64,000 bases of DNA, taken from NCBI GenBank assembly GCA_964016885.1, contig OZ024742.1, forward strand, positions 375,968,001-376,032,000, given 5' to 3'. This document shows positions 1 through 11,600 of this stretch, piece after piece. This stretch comes from Eledone cirrhosa. Taxonomy: Eukaryota. The position numbers and the translations under genes are program-made. Each line of letters starts with the position of its first letter. The stretch's first letter is position 1. Below the pieces are notes generated by a model. That model worked only from the letters and a program-made list of their open reading frames with translations. It was not told the origin of the DNA and did not search any database.

Positions 1-3000
1 AGAACAACTGGTATTGAAACTAGTACCAATCTAGTAAACACAAGCTCTGGTAATGTAAAACTAGATAGAGAACAACTGGTATTGAGACTAGTACCAACCT
101 AGTAAACAACAGCTCTGGTTATATAAAACTAAATAGAGTACATCTGGTATTGACACTAGTACCAATCTAGTAAACACCAGCTCTGGTTATATAAAACTAG
201 ATGGAGAACAACTGGTATAGACACTAGTACCAACCTAGTAAACACCAGCTCTGGTTAAATAAAATTAGATGGAGAACAATTGGTATTGACACTAGTACCA
301 ATCTAGTAAACACAAGCTCTGGTAATATAAAACTAGATAGAGAACAACTGGTATTGAGACTAGAACCAACCTAGTAAACACCAGCTCTGGTTATATAAAA
401 CTAGATAGAGAACAACTGGTATTGACACTAGTACCAACCTAGTAAACACCAGCTCTGGTTATATAAAACTAGATAGACAACTGGTATTGACACTAGTACC
501 AACCTAGTAAACACCAGCTCTGGTAATATAAAACTAGATAGACAACTGGTATTGACACTAGGACCAACCTAGTAAACACCAGCTCTGGTTATATAAAATT
601 AGATGGAGAACAATTGGTATTGACACTAGTACCAACCTAGTAAACACCAGCCCTGGTAATATAAAACTAGATAGAGAACAACTGGTATTGACACTAGTAC
701 CAACCTAGTAAACACCAGCTCTGGTTATATAAAACTAGGGAGAGAACTGGTATAGACACTAGTACCAACCTAGTAAACACCAGCTCTGGTTATATAAAAT
801 TAGATAGAGAACAACTGGTATTGACACTAGTACCAACCTAGTAAACACCAGCTCTGGTCATATAAAACTAGATAGAGAACAACTGGTATTGACACTAATA
901 CCAACCTGGTACACACCAGCTCTGGTTATATAAAACTAGATAGAGAACAACTGGTATTGACACTAGTACCAACCTAGTAAACACCAGCTCTGGTTATATA
1001 AAACTAGATAGAGAACAACTGGTATTGACACTAGTACCAACCTAGTAAACACTAGCTCTGGTTATATAAAACTAGATAGAGAACAACAGGTATTGACACT
1101 AGTACCAACCTAGTAAACACCAGCTCTGGTTATATACAACTAGGGAGAGAACTGGTATAGACACTACTACCAACCTAGTAAACACCAGCTCTGGTTATAT
1201 AAAAGTAGATAGAGAACAATGGTATTGACACTAGTACCAACCTAGTAAACACCAGCTCTGGTTATATAAAACTAGATAGACAACTGGTATTGACACTAGT
1301 ACCAACTTAGTAAACACCAGTTCTGGTTATATAAAACTAGATAGACAACTGGTATTGACACTAGTACCAACCTAGTAAACACCAGCCCTGGTAATATAAA
1401 ACTAGATAGAGAACAACTGGTATTGACACTAGTACCAACCTAGTAAACACCAGCTCTGGTTATATAAAACTAGATAGAGAACAACTGGTATTGACACTAG
1501 TACCAACCTAGTAAACACCAGCTCTGGTTATATAAAACTAGATAGACAACTGGTATTGACACTAGTACCACCCTAGTAAACACTAGCTCTGGTTATATAA
1601 AACTAGATGAGGAACAACTGGTATTGACACTAGTACTAATCTAGTAAACACCAGCCCTGGTAATATAAAACTAGATGGAGAACAACAGGTATTGACACTA
1701 GTACCAACCTAGTAAACACCAGCTCTGGTTATATAAAACTAGATAGACAACTGGTATTGACACTAGTATCAACCTAGTAAACACCAGCTCTGGTTATATA
1801 AAACTAAATAGAGTACATCTGGTATTGACACTAGTACCAACCTAGTATACACCAGCTCTGGTTGTATAAAACTAGATAGAGAACAACTGGTATTGACACT
1901 AGTACCAACCTAGTAAACACCAGCTCTTGTTATATAAAACTAGATAGAGAACAACTGGTATAGACACTAGTACCAACCTAGTAAACACTAGCTCTGGTTA
2001 TATAAAACTAGATGAGGAACAACTGGTATTGACACTAGTACCAACCTAATAAACACCAGCTCTGGTTATATAAAACTAATTAGAGTACAACTGGATTTGA
2101 CCCTAGTACCAACCTAGTATACACCAGCTCTGGTTATATAAAACTAGACAGAGAACAACTGGTATTGACACTAGTACCAACCTAGTAAACACCAGCTCTG
2201 GTTATATACAACTAGATAGAGAACTGGTATTGACACTAGTACCAACCTAGTAAACACCAGCTCTGGTTATATAAAACTAGATAGAGAACTGGTATTGAGA
2301 CTAGTACCAACCTAGTAAACACCATCCCTGGTAATATAAAACTACATAGAGAACAACTGGTATTGAAACTAGTACCAATCTAATAAACACAAGCTCTGGT
2401 AATGTAAAACTAGATAGAGAACAACTGGTATTGAGACTAGTACCAACCTAGTAAACAACAGCTCTGGTTATATAAAACTAGATGAAGAACAACTGGTATT
2501 GACACTAGTACCAATCTAGTAAACACCAGCTCTGGTTATATAAAACTAGATGGAGAACAACTGGTATAGACACTAGTACCAACCTAGTAAACACCAGCTC
2601 TGGTTAAATAAAATTAGATGGAGAACAATTGGTATTGACACTAGTACCAACCTAGTAAACACAAGCTCTGGTTATATAAAACTAGATAGACAACTGGTAT
2701 TGACACTAGTACCAACCTAGTAAACACCAGCTCTGGTTATATAAAATTAGATGGAGAACAATTGGTATTGACACTAGTACCAACCTAGTAAACACCAGCT
2801 CTGGTTATATAAAACTAAATAGAGTACATCTGGTATTGACACTAGTACCAATCTAGTAAACACCAGCTCTGGTTATATAAAACTAGATGGAGAACAACTG
2901 GTATAGACACTAGTACCAACCTAGTAAACACCAGCTCTGGTTAAATAAAATTAGATGGAGAACAATTGGTATTGACACTAGTACCAACCTAGTAAACACA

Positions 3001-5656
3001 AGCTCTGGTTATATAAAACTAGATAGACAACTGGTATTGACACTAGTACCAACCTAGTAAACACCAGCTCTTGTTATATAAAACTAGATAGAGAACAACT
3101 GGTATTGACACTAATACCAACCTAGTAAACACTAGCTCTGGTTATATAAAACTAGATGAGGAACAACTGGTATTGACACTAATACCAATCTAGTAAACAC
3201 CAGCTCTGGTTATATAAAACTAATTAGAGTACAACTGGTATTGACACAAGTACCAACCTAGTATACACCAGCTCTGGTTATATAAAACTAGACGGAGAAC
3301 AACTGGTATTGACACTAGTACCAACCTAGTAAACACCAGCTCTGGTTATATAAAACTAGATAGACAACTGGTATTGAAACTAGTACCAATCTAGTAAACA
3401 CAAGCTCTGGTAATATAAAACTAGATAGAGAACAACTGGTATTGACACTAGTACCAACCTAGTAAACACCAGCTCTGGTTATATAAAACTAGATTAGGAA
3501 CAACTGGTATTGACACTAGTACCAACCTAGTAAACACCAGCTCTGATTATATAAAACTAGATAGAGAACAACTGGTATTGACACTAGTACCAACCTGGTA
3601 AACACCAGCTCTGGTTATATAAAATTAGATGTAGAACAATTGGTATTGACACTAGTACCAACCTAGTAAACACCAGCTCTGGTTATATAAAATTAGATAG
3701 AGAACAACTGGTATTGACACTAGTACCAACCTAGTAAACACCAGCTCTGGTCATATAAAACTAGAGAGAGAACAACTGGTATTGACACTAATACCAACCT
3801 GGTACACACCAGCTCTGGTTATATAAAACTAGATAGAGAACAACTGGTATTGACACTAGTACCAACCTAGTAAACACCAGCTCTTGTTATATAAAACTAG
3901 ATAGAGAACAACTGGTATTGACACTAATACCAACCTAGTAAACACTAGCTCTGGTTATATAAAACTAGATGAGGAACAACTGGTATTGACACTAGTACCA
4001 ACCTAATAAACACCAGCTCTGGTTATATAAAACTAATTAGAGTACAACTGGATTTGACACTAGTACCAACCTAGTATACACCAGCTCTGGTTATATAAAA
4101 CTAGACGGAGAACAACTGGTATTGACACTAGTACCAACCTAGTAAACACCAGCTCTGGTTATATAAAACTAGATAGACAACTGGTATTGACACTAGTACC
4201 AACCTAGTAAACACCAGCTCTGGTTATATAAAACTAGATAGACAACTGGTATTGACACTAGGACCAACCTAGTAAACACCAGCTCTGGTTATATAAAATT
4301 AGATGGAGAACAATTGGTATTGACACTAGTACCAACCTAGTAAACACCAGCCCTGGTAATATAAAACTAGATAGAGAACAACTGGTATTGACACTAGTAT
4401 CAACCTAGTAAACACCAGCTCTGGTTATATAAAACTAGGGAGAGAACTGGTATAGACACTAGTACCAACCTAGTAAACACCAGCTCTGGTTATATAAAAT
4501 TAGATAGAGAACAACTGGTATTGACACTAGTACCAACCTAGTAAACACCAGCTCTGGTCATATAAAACTAGATAGAGAACAACTGGTATTGACACTAATA
4601 CCAACCTGGTACACACCAGCTCTGGTTATATAAAACTAGATAGAGAACAACTGGTATTGACACTAGTACCAACCTAGTAAACACCAGCTCTGGTTATATA
4701 AAAGTAGATAGAGAACAATGTTATTGACACTAGTACAAACCTAGTAAACACCAGCTCTGGTTATATAAAAGTAGATAGAGAACAATGTTATTGACACTAG
4801 TACCAACCTAGTAAACACCAGCCCTGGTAATATAAAACTAGATAGAGAACAACTGGTATAGACACTAGTACCAACCTAGTAAACACCAGCTCTGGTTATA
4901 TAAAACTAGGGAGAGAACTGGTATAGACACTAGTACCAACCTAGTAAACACCAGCTCTGGTTATATAAAATTAGATAGAGAACAACTGGTATTGACACTA
5001 GTACCAACCTAGTAAACACCAGCTCTGGTCATATAAAACTAGATAGAGAACAACTGGTATTGACACTAGTACCAACCTAGTAAACACTAGCTCTGGTTAT
5101 ATAAAACTAGATAGAGAACAACAGGTATTGACACTAGTACCAACCTAGTAAACACCAGCTTTGGTTATATAAAACTAGGGAGAGAACTGGTATAGACACT
5201 ACTACCAACCTAGTAAACACCAGCTCTGGTTATATAAAAGTAGATAGAGAACAATGTTATTGACACTAGTACAAACCTAGTAAACACCAGCTCTGGTTAT
5301 ATACAACTAGATGGAGAACAACTGGTATTGACACTAGTACCAACCTAGTAAACACCAGCTCTGGTTATATAAAACTAGATAGAGAACAACTGGTATTGAC
5401 ACTAGTACCAACCTAGTAAACACCAGCTCTGGTTATATAAAACTAGATAGACAACTGGTATTGACACTAGTACCAACCTAGTAAACACCAGTTCTGGTTA
5501 TATAAAACTAGATAGACAACTGGTATTGACACTAGGACCAACCTAGTAAACACCAGCTCTGGTTATATAAAACTAGATGGAGAACAACTGGTATTGACAC
5601 TAGTACCAACCTAGTAAACACCAGCTCTGGTTATATAAAACTAGATAGAGAACAAC

Positions 5657-5676
5657 TGGTATTGACACTAGTACCA
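5657..5676. other. Inverted repeat 1 of each monomer: TGGTATTG-ACAC-TAGTACCA (example coordinates)
   Basis: TGGTA/TACCA are exact reverse complements. The stem extends to 8 bp with two G.T wobbles around a 4-nt loop. Actual folding is not demonstrated. Confidence 0.8.
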
Positions 5677-5687
5677 ACCTAGTAAAC

Positions 5688-5699
5688 ACCAGCTCTGGT
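5688..5699. other. Inverted repeat 2 of each monomer: ACCAG-CT-CTGGT (example coordinates)
   Basis: ACCAG/CTGGT are exact reverse complements with a 2-nt spacer. Spacer variants CC, TT, CA and AT occur. Confidence 0.8.
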
Positions 5700-8600
5700 T
5701 ATATAAAACTAGATAGAGAACAAATGGTATTGACACTAGTACCAACCTAGTAAACACCAGCTCTGGTTATATAAAACTAGATGGAGAACAACTCGTATTG
5801 ACACTAGTACCAACCTAGTAAACACCAGCACTGGTTATATAAAACTAGATAGAGAACAACTGGTATTGACACTAGTACCAACCTGGTAAACACCAGCTCT
5901 TGTTATATGAAATTAGATGGAGAACAATTGGTATTGACACTAGTACAAACCTAGTAAACACCAGCTCTGGTTATATAAAAGTAGATAGAGAACAATGTTA
6001 TTGACACTAGTACGAACCTAGTAAACACAAGCCCTGGTAATATAAAACTAGATAGAGAACAACTGGTATTGACACTAGTACCAACCTAGTAAACACCAGC
6101 TCTGGTTATATAAAACTAGGGAGAGAACTGGTATAGACACTAGTACCAACCTAGTAAACACCAGCTCTGGTTATATAAAACTAAGGAGAGAACTGGTATA
6201 GACACTACTACCAACCTAGTAAACACCAGCTCTGGTTATATAAAAGTAGATAGAGAACAATGTTATTGACACTAGTACAAACCTAGTAAACACCAGCTCT
6301 GGTTATATACAACTAGATGGAGAACAACTGGTATTTACACTAGGACCAACCTAGTAAACACCAGCTCTGGTTATATAAAAGTAGATAGAGAACAACTGGT
6401 ATTGACACTAGTACCAACCTAGTAAACACCAGCTCTGGTTATATAAAACTAGATAGACAACTGGTATTGACACTAGTACCAACCTAGTAAACACCAGTTC
6501 TGGTTATATAAAACTAGATAGACAACTGGTATTGACGCTAGTACCAACCTAGTAAACACCAGCCCTGGTAATATAAAACTAGATAGAGAACAACTGGTAT
6601 TGACACTAGTACCAACCTAGTAAACACCAGCTCTGGTTATATAAAACTAGATTAGGAACAACTGGTATTGACACTAGTACCAACCTGGTAAACACCAGCT
6701 CTGGTTATATAAAACTAATTAGAGTACAACTGGTATTGACACAAGTACCAACCTAGTATACACCAGCTCTGGTTATATAAAACTAGACGGAGAACAACTG
6801 GTATTGACACTAGTACCAACCTAGTAAACACCAGCTCTGGTTATATAAAACTAGATAGACAACTGGTATTGACACTAGTACCAATCTAGTAAACACAAGC
6901 TCTGGTAATATAAAACTAGATAGAGAACAACTGGTATTGAGACTAGAACCAACCTAGTAAACACCAGCTCTGGTTATATAAAACTAGATAGAGAACAACT
7001 GGTATTGACACTAGTACCAACCTAGTAAACACCAGCTCTGGTTATATAAAACTAGATTAGGAACAACTGGTATTGACACTAGTACCAACCTAGTAAACAC
7101 CAGCTCTGATTATATAAAACTAGATAGAGAACAACTGGTATTGACACTAGTACCAACCTGGTAAACACCAGCTCTGGTTATATAAAATTAGATGTAGAAC
7201 AATTGGTATTGACACTAGTACCAACCTAGTAAACACCAGCTCTAGTTATATAAAATTAGATAGAGAACAACTGGTATTGACACTAGTACCAACCTAGTAA
7301 ACACCAGCTCTGGTCATATAAAACTAGAGAGAGAACAACTGGTATTGACACTAATACCAACCTGGTACACACCAGCTCTGGTTATATAAAACTAGATAGA
7401 GAACAACTGGTATTGACACTAGTACCAACCTAGTAAACACCAGCTCTTGTTATATAAAACTAGATAGAGAACAACTGGTATTGACACTAATACCAGCCTA
7501 ATAAACACTAGCTCTGGTTATATAAAACTAGATGAGGAACAACTGGTATTGACACTAGTACCAACCTAATAAACACCAGCTCTGGTTATATAAAACTAAT
7601 TAGAGTACAACTGGATTTGACACTAGTACCAACCTAGTATACACCAGCTCTGGTTATATAAAACTAGACGGAGAACAACTGGTATTGACACTAGTACCAA
7701 CCTAGTAAACACCAGCTCTGGTTATATAAAACTAGATAGACAACTGGTATTGACACTAGTACCAACCTAGTAAACACCAGCTCTGGTTATATAAAACTAG
7801 ATAGACAACTGGTATTGACACTAGGACCAACCTAGTAAACACCAGCTCTGGTTATATAAAATTAGATGGAGAACAATTGGTATTGACACTAGTACCAACC
7901 TAGTAAACACCAGCCCTGGTAATATAAAACTAGATAGAGAACAACTGGTATTGACACTAGTATCAACCTAGTAAACACCAGCTCTGGTTATATAAAACTA
8001 GGGAGAGAACTGGTATAGACACTAGTACCAACCTAGTAAACACCAGCTCTGGTTATATAAAATTAGATAGAGAACAACTGGTATTGACACTAGTACCAAC
8101 CTAGTAAACACCAGCTCTGGTCATATAAAACTAGATAGAGAACAACTGGTATTGACACTAATACCAACCTGGTACACACCAGCTCTGGTTATATAAAACT
8201 AGATAGAGAACTGGTATTGACACTAGTACCAACCTAGTAAACACCAGCTCTGGTTATATAAAAGTAGATAGAGAACAATGTTATTGACACTAGTACAAAC
8301 CTAGTAAACACCAGCTCTGGTTATATAAAAGTAGATAGAGAACAATGTTATTGACACTAGTACCAACCTAGTAAACACCAGCCCTGGTAATATAAAACTA
8401 GATAGAGAACAACTGGTATAGACACTAGTACCAACCTAGTAAACACCAGCTCTGGTTATATAAAACTAGGGAGAGAACTGGTATAGACACTAGTACCAAC
8501 CTAGTAAACACCAGCTCTGGTTATATAAAATTAGATAGAGAACAACTGGTATTGACACTAGTACCAACCTAGTAAACACCAGCTCTGGTCATATAAAACT

Positions 8601-11600
8601 AGATAGAGAACAACTGGTATTGACACTAGTACCAACCTAGTAAACACTAGCTCTGGTTATATAAAACTAGATAGAGAACAACAGGTATTGACACTAGTAC
8701 CAACCTAGTAAACACCAGCTTTGGTTATATAAAACTAGGGAGAGAACTGGTATAGACACTACTACCAACCTAGTAAACACCAGCTCTGGTTATATAAAAG
8801 TAGATAGAGAACAATGTTATTGACACTAGTACAAACCTAGTAAACACCAGCTCTGGTTATATACAACTAGATGGAGAACAACTGGTATTGACACTAGTAC
8901 CAACCTAGTAAACACCAGCTCTGGTTATATAAAACTAGATAGAGAACAACTGGTATTGACACTAGTACCAACCTAGTAAACACCAGCTCTGGTTATTTAA
9001 AACTAGATAGACAACTGGTATTGACACTAGTACCAACCTAGTAAACACCAGTTCTGGTTATATAAAACTAGATAGACAACTGGTATTGACACTAGGACCA
9101 ACCTAGTAAACACCAGCTCTGGTTATATAAAACTAGATGGAGAATAACTCGTATTGACACTAGTACCAACCTAGTAAACACCAGCACTGGTTATATAAAA
9201 CTAGATAGAGAACAACTGGTGTTGACACTAGTACCAACCTAGTAAACACCAGCTCTGGTTATATAAAACTAGATAGAGAACAACTGGTATTGACACTAGT
9301 ACCAACCTAGTAAACACCAGCTCTGGTTATATAAAACTAGATAGAGAACAACTGGTATTGACACTACTACCAACCTAGTAAACACCAGCTCTGGTTATAT
9401 AAAACTAGATGGAGAACAACTCGTATTGACACTAGTACCAACCTAGTAAACACCAGCACTGGTTATATAAAACTAGATAGAGAACAACTGGTATTGACAC
9501 TAGTACCAACCTGGTAAACACCAGCTCTTGTTATATGAAATTAGATGGAGAACAATTGGTATTGACACTAGTACAAACCTAGTAAACACCAGCCCTGGTA
9601 ATATAAAACTAGATAGAGAATAACTGGTATTGACACTAGTACCAACCTAGTAAACACCAGCTCTGGTTATATAAAACTAGGGAGAGAACTGGTATAGACA
9701 CTAGTACCAACCTAGTAAACACCAGCTCTGGTTATATAAAACTAGGGAGAGAACTGGTATAGACACTACTACCAACCTAGTAAACACCAGCTCTGGTTAT
9801 ATAAAAGTAGATAGAGAACAATGTTATTGACACTAGTACAAACCTAGTAAACACCAGCTCTGGTTATATACAACTAGATGGAGAACAACTGGTATTTACA
9901 CTAGGACCAACCTAGTAAACACCAGCTCTGGTTATATAAAAGTAGATAGAGAACAACTGGTATTGACACTAGTACCAACCTAGTAAACACCAGCTCTGGT
10001 TATATAAAACTAGATAGACAACTGGTATTGACACTAGTACCAACCTAGTAAACACCAGTTCTGGTTATATAAAACTAGATAGACAACTGGTATTGACACT
10101 AGTACCAACCTAGTAAACACCAGCCCTGGTAATATAAAACTAGATAGAGAACAACTGGTATTGACACTAGTACCAACCTAGTAAACACCAACTCTGGTTA
10201 TATAAAACTAGGGAGAGAACTGATATACACACTAGTATCAACCTAGTAAACACCAGCTCTGGTTATATAAAACTAGATAGAGAACAACTGGTATTGACAC
10301 TAGTACCAACATAGTAAACACCAGCTCTGGTTATATAAAACTAGATAGAGAACTGGTATTGAGACTAGTACCAACCTAGTAAACACCATCCCTGGTAATA
10401 TAAAACTAGATAGAGAACAACTAGTATTGAAACTAGTACCAATCTAGTAAACACAAGCTCTGGTAATGTAAAACTAGATAGAGAACAACTGGTATTGAGA
10501 CTAGTACCAACCTAGTAAACACCAGCTCTGGTTATATAAAACTAGATGGAGAACAACTGGTATTGACACTAGTACCAATCTAGTAAACACCAGCTCTGGT
10601 CATATAAAACTAGATAGAGAACAACTGGTATTGACACTAGTACCAACCTAGTAAACACCAGCTCTGGTTATATAAAACTAGATAGACAACTGGTATTGAC
10701 ACTAGTACCAACCTAGTAAACACTAGCTCTGGTTATATAAAACTAGATGAGGAACAACTGGTATTGACACTAGTACTAATCTAGTAAACACCAGCCCTGG
10801 TAATATAAAACTAGATGGAGAACAACTGGTATTGACACTAGTACCAACCCAGTAAACACAAGCTCTGGTTATATAAATCTAGATAGACAACTGGTATTGA
10901 CACTAGTACCAACCTAGTAAACACCAGCTCTTGTTATATAAAACTAGATAGAGAACAACTGGTATTGACACTAATACCAACCTAGTAAACACTAGCTCTG
11001 GTTATATAAAACTAGATGAGGAACAACTGGTATTGACACTAATACCAACCTAGTAAACACCAGCTCTGGTTATATAAAACTAATTAGAGTACAACTGGTA
11101 TTGACACAAGTACCAACCTAGTATACACCAGCTCTGGTTATATAAAACTAGACGGAGAACAACTGGTATTGACACTAGTACCAACCTAGTAAACACCAGC
11201 TCTGGTTATATAAAACTAGATAGAGAACAACTGGTATTGAGACTAGAACCAACCTAGTAAACACCAGCTCTGGTTATATAAAACTAGATAGAGAACAACT
11301 GGTATTGACACTAGTACCAACCTAGTAAACACCAGCTCTGATTATATAAAACTAGATAGAGAACAACTGGTATTGACACTAGTACCAACCTGGTAAACAC
11401 CAGCTCTGGTTATATAAAACTAGATAGAGAACAACTGGTATTGACACTAGTACCAACCTGGTAAACACCAGCTCTGGTTATATAAAAATAGATGTAGAAC
11501 AATTGGTATTGACACTAGTACCAACCTAGTAAACACCAGCTCTGGTTATATAAAATTAGATAGAGAACAACTGGTATTGACACTAGTACCAACCTAGTAA

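Larger units (their letters stand above)
5650..5717 (+). repeat. Representative consensus monomer GAACAACTGGTATTGACACTAGTACCAACCTAGTAAACACCAGCTCTGGTTATATAAAACTAGATAGA
   Basis: Read directly; it is the most frequent monomer throughout. It contains one SpeI site (ACTAGT), three CTAG, one AluI site (AGCT) and no CG dinucleotide. Confidence 0.97.
3200..10200. repeat. Tandem duplication of a ~3.56-kb block (about 3.2-6.7 kb and 6.7-10.2 kb), with a partial third copy near 10.9-11.9 kb
   Basis: Rare variants recur at a near-constant offset: GATGTAGAAC 3628/7191 (3563), CAGCTTTGG ~5161/8721 (3560), GTATTTACAC 6331/9892 (3561). TTGACACAAG occurs at 3241, 6736 and 11101, and GATGTAGAAC again at 11491. 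Confidence 0.85.

Noticed and set aside
5662-5705. Sigma70 promoter (perfect TTGACA in each monomer)
   Set aside because: There is no -10 hexamer at 16-18 bp (AACACC lies there). TATATA is 32 bp away, and there is no downstream gene.
5649-5750. Repeat-protein ORF on + strand (RTTGIDTSTNLVNTSSGYIKLDREQLVLTLVPT*)
   Set aside because: One frame is stop-free across a monomer, but 68, 65 and 67 are not multiples of 3. The frame shifts and meets TAG after 33 codons, and the consensus has no ATG.
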